Source of the DNA: a virus
Length of the DNA stretch: 64,000 nt
Strand: one strand, 5' to 3'
IMG/VR virus record: IMGVR_UViG_3300020202_000065
The notes below the pieces were generated by a model. It had not been told where the DNA came from. It saw only the letters and a list, made by a program, of their open reading frames with translations, and did no database searches. The position numbers and the translations under genes were made by a program. Below, piece by piece: positions 43,877 through 53,685 of the stretch (the first letter of the stretch is position 1; every line of letters begins with the position of its first letter).

Positions 43877-46800
43877 TAGGCGCGACTCCTTACTGGCGCG
43901 GAGAACCCTGCCGCGATCGCCTTTTCGCCACGTTGAACTGCGCCATCCACGATTTCCTGTGCCACCCTGCGAACCTCGAGTCCGATCAGGTTCACGATCT
44001 TGTCAGCCGGGACTTCCAGACCGTTCAGGTTCAAGTCGATGTTCAGGGCGCCAGGCGGGGGAGCGGACACACCCTTGGCTGCCGGCGGCACAGGAATCTC
44101 CTGAGGCCCCTGAAGGATCACTTGCCGCGCGTTCAGCCGCAGGTTTTCAAGACTGCGCTGCGCAGCACCGCCGATGTTTTCCGGATCCGCGCCGATGGCT
44201 CCCACGAGTGAGCGTCGGATATTCTGTTCCTGCTGGCTGAGGGGAAGTCTGTCTTGCGTCAAATTGACGTTCCTGCTGAAGGCTTCCGGTCCAAAGCCGA
44301 GGTCAAGATTCGGAGCGATCGCCTTGCCTGGGAATAGTTCATCAAACTTCGTGATGAACTTTCGTGTCTCCTGATTGAAGTTCAGGAACTCCGCCTGGTT
44401 AGGTTTCTCGACCTGACCTTCCTTGACGCGCTGCGCAAAGATGCGCACCCGAATCAGTTCGATGTCGGAAAGCCCGCTGAGTTCCTTACGGGTCTCTTCG
44501 GCCTGCTTTTGCTGCTCCTGCCTGATCTTGCGCATGGTCTCAAGCTGCGCTTCTGTCTTGTCGTTTACGCGATCGTTCAGGCGTTCCTTCGCCGCGATCA
44601 ACTGATTCTCAAGCTCGTGCTCGGAAATGCGGCGTTGCGCCTCCGCTGCCACGTCCGCCGATGGCTTCTGCTCCCGCGAGGCCTTCAGTCGATTCTCCAG
44701 TTCGGCAATCGTTTGCTTCTCGGCATTGATGCGCGCCTCTGCTCTGTCAATGTCGCGCGTATCTTCAGGACCATCGCCTGCCAGGAACTCCGCGATTTTG
44801 TCGCGCAGGTTCAGGCCGCGCTGGAACCTGTTTTTGAACTCATCGGCGGCTTTCTTGATACCCTCCTTCAATTGCTCGGCATTGCGCCGCTCCGTCAGCT
44901 CAGCTTCCTTGTCGCGAAGCTTATCGATTTGCTCCTTGGCTTCCTTACGCTGCTCAACTGCTTCATCCGGAATGGCGGCGGCGCGTGTCTCAAACGCATC
45001 AATCAAAGCCTTCGTCTGCTTGAGTTCTGTATCGATACGATCAATCGACCGCTCAGCCAGATCCGTTTCAATGATGAAGCGGAGTTTTGTCTTCTTCTCA
45101 ATGAAGTCTAAGTCTTCTTTCAATTGATCGATGTCGGTGAAGTCCTGCTCGAATTTCGGTTCTTCCTTCGGTCCATCACGCCGCTCGATGAGTTTGTCAG
45201 TCGCTGCGCGAAGGTCCTCGAGTTCCTTTGCCTTCTTCTCGATTTCCTTGTTTATCGCGGCGAGCGAATCGCGGGCACCGCGTTCACGGCCGCGCGCTGT
45301 GGGATTGCGGCGCGCGCTGCTCAGTTCCGCTTCGATCCGGCGCTTCTCTCCCCGTAGCGCTTCCAACTCGCCCGCTGCCTGGACCTGGCGCCTGCCGCTG
45401 GAATCGATTTGCTGCTGGACCTCGTCGCGCAGCTTCTGGGTCTCACGGATGGCCTGCTGCTTCAGACGCTCGGCGATGATCGTGACATCAGCAGCCTTCA
45501 GTTCCTTCCGCGAGGCTTTGCTGATTTCATCACCAGTCAACCCGTGCAGCTTGATGATGTTCGAGTAAATTTGCTCACGTGTTTTGCCGGCCGTCTTGGT
45601 CACCCCGGCGCCGGACAGTTCGGCATCCTCGATCGCCTTGAGCGCCTTTGCAGCATTTTCTGCGAACCGGATGTTCTGCTTGAAGGATTCAACCCGGTTC
45701 TCTGACGTCTTGATGCGTTCCTCAGATCTCGCATTCTGTTCCCGAGCCTGTTCCTGCCTCGACTGGGGGGACGTTGATCCGCGAATGAGCGCAATAGCTG
45801 AGATCGCAGCGGTCGCTACAGCGATTGCCGTTCCAATTGGACCAAGCAATGCAAGAGCGCGTGTAGCCAGCCCTGCGGTTGCTGTTCCAGCCGCCGCACT
45901 CGCAGCCGTGGAGGCCTGGGCCAGGCGCTGATACGAGGCGGCAAGGGCCTGATTCGCAGCGACACCGCGCAGCGACGCTGCCTGCTGCGCTGAACTTGTG
46001 GCGACGAACTGAAGCTGCGCGTTCGACGCAGTCTGAATCGATCGCGAAAGACTCAGGAACTCCAGCGATGCGGCCAAGACTGATTTCAGGATTAGCCCGC
46101 TGATGGTGGCGCCGATCGCAGTCAGAGCCAATCCGCCGACTGTCCCGAGTTCGGCGAAGCCACGAACCATATTTGTCAGGAACCCGATCAGTGTCTTAAG
46201 TAAGTCTCCCAGTCCAGACTGCCCGATTGAAACAGCGAGTTGTTCGAACGCTGCTTTGAGGGATGTGATCTTTGCAGCGAGTGTCGAGAGAACGCGCGCG
46301 TTTTCTTCTTCAGCGGACTTGGCTGAATTGAGTTGCTGAATAACTTGGCCTTGAATATTGAAATAGTTGTCCAGCGCCGCTTGCAGGATGTTTCGCTGGC
46401 GGGCGCCGGCGATTGTCGTGGTGATGTCGGCCTTTTGCGCATCCGACAGGCTCTGGAACTTCACAACGAGATCCGAAAGGATCTGATCCAGGGGTTTGAA
46501 TTGACCGACCACGTTTCGAATGCCAACGCCTGACTGCTCAAAAACCTTGGCCTGATTCTTTGCTTCGCCCAATCGTGTGACGATCGTCTTCAGGGCATTT
46601 CCGATTTCGGCACCGGTCCGACCCGTGCTCTGTCCGACGACGGCAGTGATCGCAGCAAGCTGTTCGAAACTTCCGCCGGCTTCACGGAACACACCGCCGG
46701 TTCGGGAGATCGATTGCAGCAGATCGTCTGTTGTGATGCGATTGTTGTTTTCCAGCGTGTTGAGCTTGTTCAACAGGTCCGGCAGTTCGCGTGCTGACAG

Positions 46801-48108
46801 CTGGAACTGTGCCATGGCGGAAGCCAGCAGGCGCGCAGCGTCGGCGGCGCCGATTCCGGCAACGTTTGAAGCCAGTAATGAAACACGCACGGCCTCGAGC
46901 GTCTCTGTCTGAGACAGGCCCAGGCGAGCGAAGATCACAGCGGCCTCCTGTGCCTCGTCGCCTGTCTGGCCGAATGCCACCTTCATGCGCAGGATCTCGC
47001 TCGAAACAGTCTGGGCACCCTGCGCGATGACTTCCTGGCCTTTGCCGAAGCCGCGGCCGACACGTTCAAGCCGTATCTGCGCCTGTTCCGCTTCGATGAA
47101 GGCCCTGCCACCAGCGCGAATGGCATTGAACGTTCCCAGGACAGCCGAGGTAGCCAGGGTCCACAGGAGCACCTTCCCAGCCGCATTCTGGAACGTATCG
47201 CCAGTGTTCTTGGTCTCCTGATTTAGTAAACGAGTACTGGCTGTGGCCCTGCCAGTCTCTGCATTTAACTTGGCGACGATCTTTCCGGCTTCGTCCACGA
47301 GCAGGCGATCGCGCACGAGTTCGCCGCTCTGGGTGAAGCGCTCCGGACCAAACGCCTCGCGCACACCAGGCCGCTGGCGAATACTGTTGAAGTTCTGAGA
47401 GAAACGTTCGCGTTTCTGTTTCTCGCGCAATGCGGAATCGAATGCTTCAGTCTCTTCACGTTGCTGCTGCTTGAACTCTGCAACACGGCGTTTGCCGTAG
47501 TCGCGGAAGTAGTCTGCCTGCTGATTCTGGATCAGGCGGTTCTCACGAACTCTTTGCTGGCCATACTGCTTGTTCAGGTCCGCTTCCTGGCGAGCCGCCT
47601 CCCGCGCGTCTTTCACGCGCTGCTGGCCGTAAAGCTTGAGCAGTTCAGCTTCCTGGCGCGCCTGAACCGCTGCCGGCGTCTTGCGGAAGTCAACTGCTAC
47701 GGAACTGACGCCGGTTTCTTTCGTGAAGCTGGCCGTCAGACCGGGCCCTGCAAGCGTCTTTGTGGTGCGGACCTCGCCACTCTTGAGGACGCGCTGAACC
47801 TCTTTCACTCGGTCCGCGACAATCCCAAGTTCCTTCTCACGGTCCGTGAGCAGCTTTCCGAAGTTGGTAAAATCGGCTTTCGCATCGCGCGCGGCTTTGG
47901 TCGCCTTCTGAATTCCACTCGCTGCATTGTTCAGAGCGCCGCCAAGGTTCTCAGTGCCGGTGACCTGGACCGTCAGTTTCAGACGGCCATTGGCTTCAGC
48001 CACACGGCGCTCTAGCGCGGCTACTTTCGCTATGGCCGCGTCGATCGCGGAGAGGTTCGACTCGGAGCGCAGGGCCAGCAGGATGTCACGTCGGATTTCA
48101 TTTGCCAC
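43876..48108 (-). CDS. Tail tape measure protein, 1410 aa
   Basis: TP901-type core (FEQLAAITAVVGQSTGRTGAEIGNALKTIVTRL), coiled coils, position. Confidence 0.92.
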   Translation of the reverse strand: MANEIRRDILLALRSESNLSAIDAAIAKVAALERRVAEANGRLKLTVQVTGTENLGGALNNAASGIQKATKAARDAKADFTNFGKLLTDREKELGIVADRVKEVQRVLKSGEVRTTKTLAGPGLTASFTKETGVSSVAVDFRKTPAAVQARQEAELLKLYGQQRVKDAREAARQEADLNKQYGQQRVRENRLIQNQQADYFRDYGKRRVAEFKQQQREETEAFDSALREKQKRERFSQNFNSIRQRPGVREAFGPERFTQSGELVRDRLLVDEAGKIVAKLNAETGRATASTRLLNQETKNTGDTFQNAAGKVLLWTLATSAVLGTFNAIRAGGRAFIEAEQAQIRLERVGRGFGKGQEVIAQGAQTVSSEILRMKVAFGQTGDEAQEAAVIFARLGLSQTETLEAVRVSLLASNVAGIGAADAARLLASAMAQFQLSARELPDLLNKLNTLENNNRITTDDLLQSISRTGGVFREAGGSFEQLAAITAVVGQSTGRTGAEIGNALKTIVTRLGEAKNQAKVFEQSGVGIRNVVGQFKPLDQILSDLVVKFQSLSDAQKADITTTIAGARQRNILQAALDNYFNIQGQVIQQLNSAKSAEEENARVLSTLAAKITSLKAAFEQLAVSIGQSGLGDLLKTLIGFLTNMVRGFAELGTVGGLALTAIGATISGLILKSVLAASLEFLSLSRSIQTASNAQLQFVATSSAQQAASLRGVAANQALAASYQRLAQASTAASAAAGTATAGLATRALALLGPIGTAIAVATAAISAIALIRGSTSPQSRQEQAREQNARSEERIKTSENRVESFKQNIRFAENAAKALKAIEDAELSGAGVTKTAGKTREQIYSNIIKLHGLTGDEISKASRKELKAADVTIIAERLKQQAIRETQKLRDEVQQQIDSSGRRQVQAAGELEALRGEKRRIEAELSSARRNPTARGRERGARDSLAAINKEIEKKAKELEDLRAATDKLIERRDGPKEEPKFEQDFTDIDQLKEDLDFIEKKTKLRFIIETDLAERSIDRIDTELKQTKALIDAFETRAAAIPDEAVEQRKEAKEQIDKLRDKEAELTERRNAEQLKEGIKKAADEFKNRFQRGLNLRDKIAEFLAGDGPEDTRDIDRAEARINAEKQTIAELENRLKASREQKPSADVAAEAQRRISEHELENQLIAAKERLNDRVNDKTEAQLETMRKIRQEQQKQAEETRKELSGLSDIELIRVRIFAQRVKEGQVEKPNQAEFLNFNQETRKFITKFDELFPGKAIAPNLDLGFGPEAFSRNVNLTQDRLPLSQQEQNIRRSLVGAIGADPENIGGAAQRSLENLRLNARQVILQGPQEIPVPPAAKGVSAPPPGALNIDLNLNGLEVPADKIVNLIGLEVRRVAQEIVDGAVQRGEKAIAAGFSAPVRSRA

Positions 48109-48122
48109 AGTTCACAGGCTCC

Positions 48123-48614
48123 TTACGCGACCGGGTGTGCAAAGTTCTGTGTAATGCGGAATGTGACGATGCGCTGTGACACATGGTACTCCTGTGACGC
48201 ATCGAGCGGGATGGGGAGGGTATTTCCGACACGGACAACGCGCATGCCGGCGGCGCCGAGCTCGCTGGCAGCCGAGAAGAAAAGCATGTGCAGGAGATTG
48301 GCGACGTTGTCGTGATCCGCCCAGTTCAGGTTCGTGCTGGCGGTGAAGATCAGAAACCGCATAGGGTGATCTTCATAGGATATCATTCCGGTCTTCGTCG
48401 CCTTGCGCGTCTGCTTCAAGATGTCGTATTCATCGATGGCAATCAGCGGCTTGGTCAGCGCGGCGCCAAGTTGCGGCCGCCGGAAATGAATATCGACCTC
48501 TGGAAAGACGATCGACTTTGCGCCAAACGTGTGATTGCCTCCGTCGAAGTACTTCTTGAGAAAGGGCTTCAACGTTTTGCGCACATCTCTGTGAAAGGAC
48601 TCTGGGTTGATCAT
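48123..48614 (-). CDS. Tail terminator-like protein
   Basis: Position after the gp10-like gene; ATG at 48614 overlaps the upstream TGA. Confidence 0.6.
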   Translation of the reverse strand: MINPESFHRDVRKTLKPFLKKYFDGGNHTFGAKSIVFPEVDIHFRRPQLGAALTKPLIAIDEYDILKQTRKATKTGMISYEDHPMRFLIFTASTNLNWADHDNVANLLHMLFFSAASELGAAGMRVVRVGNTLPIPLDASQEYHVSQRIVTFRITQNFAHPVA

Positions 48615-49090
48615 TCGCGCGCCAGCTCCTGATCGATCGCCGCCGCCATGCGCAGCGGCACAAGCTCGCTGAACGTGGCCATCCACACCGAAAGGAAATC
48701 ACGAACGACGGGTACCCCCGCCGCTCGGTTCGCCGGACTGTTCAGAAAGCTGCGGTGTGCTTCCTCAGGAAGGAAGAACCGCGCATACGAAACGCCCTCA
48801 TCGCCCTTGGCCTGTACTCCATCCGTGAGTTGAATGACGATTCCGGCAGCCGGGGCTGAACCCTCCAGGCGCACGGCTCCAACTGCGTTCAATAGTTCAA
48901 AGGTTCTCTGATAAACCTTCGGGCTGTACACGGCATAGACCACGGTCTGAACGTCGCGCTTGGCGATCGCATTCATCTCGCTGAGCGCTGAATTTCCGGA
49001 CACACTGGCTTCAACGGCTTTGGGAATGTCCTTCCTCAGCCGCTGAAGCCACTGACGCGTCTCGCGAGCACCTTTGAGTTCCAGACCCAT
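48611..49090 (-). CDS. HK97 gp10-like neck/tail completion protein
   Basis: LELKGARE...Y.RTFELLN..G. Confidence 0.6.
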   Translation of the reverse strand: MGLELKGARETRQWLQRLRKDIPKAVEASVSGNSALSEMNAIAKRDVQTVVYAVYSPKVYQRTFELLNAVGAVRLEGSAPAAGIVIQLTDGVQAKGDEGVSYARFFLPEEAHRSFLNSPANRAAGVPVVRDFLSVWMATFSELVPLRMAAAIDQELARE

Positions 49091-49093
49091 ACC

Positions 49094-49531
49094 TTACCTC
49101 TTTGGCCGGCAATAGATTTCCTGCACGAATCGCTGTCCAGACGGGTGCAGAACGTCATGGGACCACGCTGCAATCGGCGGCTTTGCCTCTGGTGTGAAAT
49201 TCCCAAGACCAGAAAATTCGAACCAGAGTTTTCGCTTGTTCGAAAGATCCACATCCGGCTTTAAGAGGATGACCAGATCGCCGGTCTGCTGATCGTTCGT
49301 GCGTTGATGCTGCACTGCCCGGACACTCACGTTGTGGTTGCTCACCGGGGAAGCATGGCAGCGCACTACTTCAGCCATTTCAACTTCGGTTGGATAATTG
49401 TCGTACTCGTCGGGCATGCCTGTGACTTCCGTCCAGTGCATTGTGGTATTGCACCCATCGGGCCCGTCGATGAGGGCGCCATGATCGATTTGGATCTGGC
49501 GGAGTTCGTGAGGCTGAAGAAAGCCGTTCAT
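49094..49531 (-). CDS. Head closure/stopper-like protein
   Basis: Position and size. Confidence 0.5.
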   Translation of the reverse strand: MNGFLQPHELRQIQIDHGALIDGPDGCNTTMHWTEVTGMPDEYDNYPTEVEMAEVVRCHASPVSNHNVSVRAVQHQRTNDQQTGDLVILLKPDVDLSNKRKLWFEFSGLGNFTPEAKPPIAAWSHDVLHPSGQRFVQEIYCRPKR

Positions 49532-49755
49532 CGATCGTTCTCCATCTTCGCGTGCGCCTCGGACATCTCGTAATGATAGGCTTCGACGTTGGCCTGTACC
49601 CAGTTGAACGCCATCATCTCGGCTTTCTCATTCGGCTCCTTGGCGTCGAACTCGAACGGCGTTAGCCCCCAGTAGTGTGCTGTCTCAAGTTCCAGATAAC
49701 GCCAGTTAAGGTCCGGTGTCTTCCACTTACGCGGCTTGGGGCTCCAACCCTGCAA
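49528..49755 (-). CDS. Tail assembly chaperone C-terminal extension (gpT-like, reached by -1 frameshift)
   Basis: Open in the -1 frame across the end of the upstream ORF; no SD or ATG; YWGLTPFEFD typical. Confidence 0.65.
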   Translation of the reverse strand: MQGWSPKPRKWKTPDLNWRYLELETAHYWGLTPFEFDAKEPNEKAEMMAFNWVQANVEAYHYEMSEAHAKMENDR

Positions 49756-49775
49756 CTGGGGTGGAGTCAGAGCCC

Positions 49776-50672
49776 TTACATAAAATCGGTGTTGCTCCTG
49801 TACGACATCACGTCCTGCTTCAGAAAGCGGATCAGTTCGCTGACCTCGCCGGATGGGCGCTGACCGACCCAGGCAATCTTCTCCTGCACCGTTGTCCCTG
49901 GCACACTGAACCCGAGCGCGTTCTCAAGCATCATGACGTTGCGCGCTTCGTGGCACTCTTCGACCTTCCGCTTGTAGCGAGGATTGTCATAGTTCGGCAC
50001 AGGGATGCCGCGGCGGTCGCCGGCTGGTGACTTGGTCAGTTCAACTGGCGGCTGGCCGGGGTCTGTGGACAGTTCGATCTGCTTCATTTTCGCCGAGCTG
50101 ATTCCCTTCACTGAGAACACAAGGCGCTCGCCGGCACGCTCGAAGCTGTAAAGGGTCGGCACCTTCGACGATTCCATCCACTGCTGTGGAGTTGATATGG
50201 CGATTTCGGACTCGTCTTCTGGCTTCTGGGCGCGCCCGTAGCCTGAGACAGAAAGAATTTCGTAATAGAGGTTCAGCATGTCGCCGCCACGCCAGAGATG
50301 TTCCTGCGCCCACTCGACTTTCTCCTCGAGCGTGGCGCCTGGCAGCGATGACCAGCACTTGTCGATCGTTTCCACGTAGCGCCGGAACTTGGCTGCGGCC
50401 AAGCGGTCTTTGTAGTCAGGATCGTCCGGATTCTTCACCATGATCATCCCGCGTTTGACTTCGGGAGGCTCCGGATCCGGCGAGTGGACAAAGGTTAGGT
50501 TCTCTTCGGCGTATGACAAAGCGCGCAGCATGAATTTCATCTGCCCGCGAACGGTGCTTATGGACCGCTCTTCTTTGACGTCAGTGGCCGGCGCCCAGTG
50601 CTCGGGCGCGGTGACTTGAGTTACTTTGACTTTCGGCTGTTCAGCTTTCGGCTGTTCCGCGACGGCTTCCAT
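49776..50672 (-). CDS. Tail assembly chaperone (gpG-like) with a duplicated domain
   Basis: Repeats PGATLEEKVEW and PGTTVQEKIAW; NPDDPDY and NYDNPRY. Confidence 0.7.
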   Translation of the reverse strand: MEAVAEQPKAEQPKVKVTQVTAPEHWAPATDVKEERSISTVRGQMKFMLRALSYAEENLTFVHSPDPEPPEVKRGMIMVKNPDDPDYKDRLAAAKFRRYVETIDKCWSSLPGATLEEKVEWAQEHLWRGGDMLNLYYEILSVSGYGRAQKPEDESEIAISTPQQWMESSKVPTLYSFERAGERLVFSVKGISSAKMKQIELSTDPGQPPVELTKSPAGDRRGIPVPNYDNPRYKRKVEECHEARNVMMLENALGFSVPGTTVQEKIAWVGQRPSGEVSELIRFLKQDVMSYRSNTDFM

Positions 50673-50696
50673 GTGTTCCTTTCCAATCCATGTGAC

Positions 50697-51137
50697 CTAT
50701 GCCTTCCATTCGGCCTGAAGAACAAGGTCGGTTTCTAAAATCCCATCTTCGTCAAACTGAAATCCAGGTCCGTCGATCACCTTCGCATAGCGATAATCGG
50801 CCTCGTCGTTCTCAAGCGGCGCAACTCCCGAGTACCGGGGGTTGACCAGTTGCAGCAGCACACGCCAGCGCTTGGTCGAATCTTCAAACGGCGTGAGTTG
50901 TGTAGACTTCCGACTGAAAAGTTCTCCAATCCTGATCTCGTGGCCGATGATTGCCGTGTTCACTTCCTCATAGCCAACGCCTGGCTGTTGAAATTTTTTC
51001 ACCCGCCGGATCGGACGGCATGAAAGCTTCCGGCCTTTCGATAGTTCACGCACCGCCGGCGACAGAATAATCCCGCTGGAATCGATCTCCCAGAAGGTGA
51101 CAGTCGCCTCGAATGCGCTCCAGACTTCCCGCGTCAC
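50697..51137 (-). CDS. Tail tube-like protein
   Basis: Precedes the chaperone; beta-rich, ends LETDLVLQAE. Confidence 0.5.
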   Translation of the reverse strand: MTREVWSAFEATVTFWEIDSSGIILSPAVRELSKGRKLSCRPIRRVKKFQQPGVGYEEVNTAIIGHEIRIGELFSRKSTQLTPFEDSTKRWRVLLQLVNPRYSGVAPLENDEADYRYAKVIDGPGFQFDEDGILETDLVLQAEWKA

Positions 51138-51140
51138 GTG

Positions 51141-51482
51141 TTAGTCCTTGAGACCAAGTTTCAAAGCCAGCCATCCCAGTCCGAGCGTCGTGGCGATTCG
51201 TGTTACGTATGTCCAGAGCCTGTTGTAAAACTTGATATCCTTCTCGAGCTTATCGAGACGCGCGTCGTGAGCGTCAAAGCGAGTGTCGCCAGCCTTAAGA
51301 CGGCTGTTGGTTTCCTTGTTCGCTTCTTCGATTCGCGCCAAGCTGGCATTCTGATTAACAGTCTGCTTGAGCAGATACTGCTGGCTGGTTTCGAGTTTCT
51401 TCCAACGATCAACGTCCTCTTTGCGGCGCTCCGCTTTCAGTGCATCAAGTTGCGCTTGGAGTTCGCGTTCTCGATCGGTCAT
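51141..51482 (-). CDS. Coiled-coil protein with a C-terminal TM (holin/XhlA-like)
   Basis: Coiled coil then IATTLGLGWLAL. Confidence 0.55.
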   Translation of the reverse strand: MTDRERELQAQLDALKAERRKEDVDRWKKLETSQQYLLKQTVNQNASLARIEEANKETNSRLKAGDTRFDAHDARLDKLEKDIKFYNRLWTYVTRIATTLGLGWLALKLGLKD

Positions 51483-51685
51483 TTCCCATGACCTCCATCT
51501 TTGTGCCTCTGTGCCCGGAAGCCCTTTTCAACCTTGTGGCCGATACCCAGTGCAATCATGCCCTCGCCGATCAGCCTGGCGCCGTCGTCCCATTTTTTGT
51601 GATAAAGCAGAAAGGCCCCGAGCCCGAACAGAATCGTGCTGCCAATAATCGTCTTCCATCCGTCGAGGGCGTTGATCAGTTTCAT
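51479..51685 (-). CDS. Small two-TM holin-like protein
   Basis: LDGWKTIIG...; GMIALGIGHK. Confidence 0.65.
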   Translation of the reverse strand: MKLINALDGWKTIIGSTILFGLGAFLLYHKKWDDGARLIGEGMIALGIGHKVEKGFRAQRHKDGGHGK

Positions 51686-52110
51686 TCCCCGTAGATCTCC
51701 TGCACCGCCGCAATCTGCTCACTAGAAAGCGTCATACTCAACGGCGATTCGTCCAGCAGCCCCAGCACGTGCCCGAACTCATGCAGCAGCGTTGCGCCAA
51801 GGTAGCTCCGCCAGGCGTAGGCGCGTCCGTTCACGACAATCAGCGCCGACTTGATTTCGCCTTCCACCGCGCTCCAGCACGTCACCGCGTAGTGAAAGCG
51901 GCTGGGGAAGCATTTGCCTTTGCGGTCGAGCACGATTCGCACCTCCGGCCCGTATCCGAACTCCACGCCCGAAACGCTGCTCCACTGCTGGCAGGCGTAA
52001 AGCGTTGCCTCGAGCAGCCGCTCGTCAGGCTGCACGCCAATGACGCCACGCCACCGCGCTTCGCTTGCGCTGAGTGTGCTGCAAAGGAGTAGCAGGCAGA
52101 GGAGTTTCAT
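51682..52110 (-). CDS. Secreted metzincin-like Zn metalloprotease
   Basis: Signal MKLLCLLLLCSTLSASEA; HEFGHVLGLLD; ATG at 52110 overlaps the upstream TGA. Confidence 0.75.
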   Translation of the reverse strand: MKLLCLLLLCSTLSASEARWRGVIGVQPDERLLEATLYACQQWSSVSGVEFGYGPEVRIVLDRKGKCFPSRFHYAVTCWSAVEGEIKSALIVVNGRAYAWRSYLGATLLHEFGHVLGLLDESPLSMTLSSEQIAAVQEIYGE

Positions 52111-53672
52111 CAGCGTGCGCTCGTGGGAATCCATTTAACGTGCATGTAATCGACTGAACACGTCCGCGTCCCCGAGCCCGACGTGCTCAACGTCGTCCAC
52201 CCGTAGCCCGTTTCGCGACCCGTTCCCGTTGGAATGTTCGTGGTCTGTGTTGCAACGGTCGTATCATTAATTTTGAAAACAACGGATGTTCCAGCGGCAT
52301 TCACTTCCACGCGCAGGCGATAATATGTTCCAGCTACGACTGTTTGTCCGCTATCGCCAGCGGTTTCAACGCCGTTGCTTCGCGTGACGCATTGCCACTT
52401 TCCGCTGTTCGTTCCATGCGTGTACCGGAAATATGCGCCATCCGTAGGTTCGCCCGTGGATGAGTCTAGGAAGCCAAAGCGCTGAGTAAATTCGGACGTT
52501 GCATCGCTCAGCGTGTCGATACTGCCAGAGCATTCGAGCGTCCATGCGCCGCCGCCAAATACAAGGATAACAGTATTTGTGACAATCGAGGCGCGGTGAG
52601 TTCCACCGCCCACGGTCATCAAACAAATGCCAGGGCGTGCAGCCGTTCCTGTGCCCGCGCCCACTGTTCCGCCAAACGCCGACGATGCATTGATACCAAG
52701 CGGCGCAAAACTCGCAGTTTGCGGTGGGTACATAAAATCGTCGTACGCTTCAAATTTTGTTCTTAGGTTTATTTCCGCACTGATCCCCGTCAGCGCCGAA
52801 CCGTCAATCGGGGGAAGAGCGCCGGTGAGCTGGCCAGAGGGAATGTTGGTGCAATTCGAAAGGTTTCCGCTAGCTGGTGTGCCAAGAGGACCGTTGGCGA
52901 ATAATGCGTTGCCTGTGCCGTTTTCGTCAGTCAGCGCCGCACGCAGATTTGCACTTGTCGGAGTGGCAAGGAAGGTGGCAATGTTCGCAGCCAACCCAGA
53001 GACGCCCGTGCTGATCGGTAGGTCTGTGCAGTTGGTCAGCGTGCCACTTTGTGGCGTACCCAGCACCGGCGAGGTGAGCGTCGGTGAGTTGATCAGCACC
53101 GGCCCGTCGTTGTCAATCGTCACGCCTGCAGAACTGTTCGTGCCCAAGATCAGCGGCGTCATGCTGTCGGCCGCGTCGATGGATAAAGCCCGAATGTTGC
53201 TCACTTCGGCTTGACCACCAGTAATCGTTCCAAAACTACCGAGGGTTATCGTCGATCCGGTGATCGTGGTTGTGCCGGAACCATTTCCAACTGTTACGGT
53301 CGCTGCACTTCCCCCGATCGGAAGTGTGGTTGAGGGCGCATCTATTCCCGCGTTTGCATAGACCGTGCTATTCGCTGTCAGGGTATTATTTACTGTGACT
53401 GTGCTTTCGAACGTGTTTTGGCCATTCCACTGATTTGCATTTTCAACCGTCGGAAACGATCCCGCCGTTCCGGTCTCGTCCAACGAATAGATCTTTTGGT
53501 TCGCCGCGAAAAGGCGCACGTAACCAGAATCTGGCTGGGACGGATTGCTGACTTGGATGGCGTAGTCCGAATAACTGGTAATCTTCATATACGCTACGCC
53601 GGCCAGAAGCGTGGCGATAAAGACAGCAATGATACCTTTCTTTGTGTTCAACTGATCGGATGGATCTGGCAT
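52110..53672 (-). CDS. Tail fibre/spike-like protein with a lectin-like C-terminus
   Basis: Thr/Gly/Ser-rich shaft repeats (LGTPQSGTLTNCT, LGTPASGNLSNCT). Confidence 0.7.
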   Translation of the reverse strand: MPDPSDQLNTKKGIIAVFIATLLAGVAYMKITSYSDYAIQVSNPSQPDSGYVRLFAANQKIYSLDETGTAGSFPTVENANQWNGQNTFESTVTVNNTLTANSTVYANAGIDAPSTTLPIGGSAATVTVGNGSGTTTITGSTITLGSFGTITGGQAEVSNIRALSIDAADSMTPLILGTNSSAGVTIDNDGPVLINSPTLTSPVLGTPQSGTLTNCTDLPISTGVSGLAANIATFLATPTSANLRAALTDENGTGNALFANGPLGTPASGNLSNCTNIPSGQLTGALPPIDGSALTGISAEINLRTKFEAYDDFMYPPQTASFAPLGINASSAFGGTVGAGTGTAARPGICLMTVGGGTHRASIVTNTVILVFGGGAWTLECSGSIDTLSDATSEFTQRFGFLDSSTGEPTDGAYFRYTHGTNSGKWQCVTRSNGVETAGDSGQTVVAGTYYRLRVEVNAAGTSVVFKINDTTVATQTTNIPTGTGRETGYGWTTLSTSGSGTRTCSVDYMHVKWIPTSAR

Positions 53673-53685
53673 GGCTTAAGTCTCC

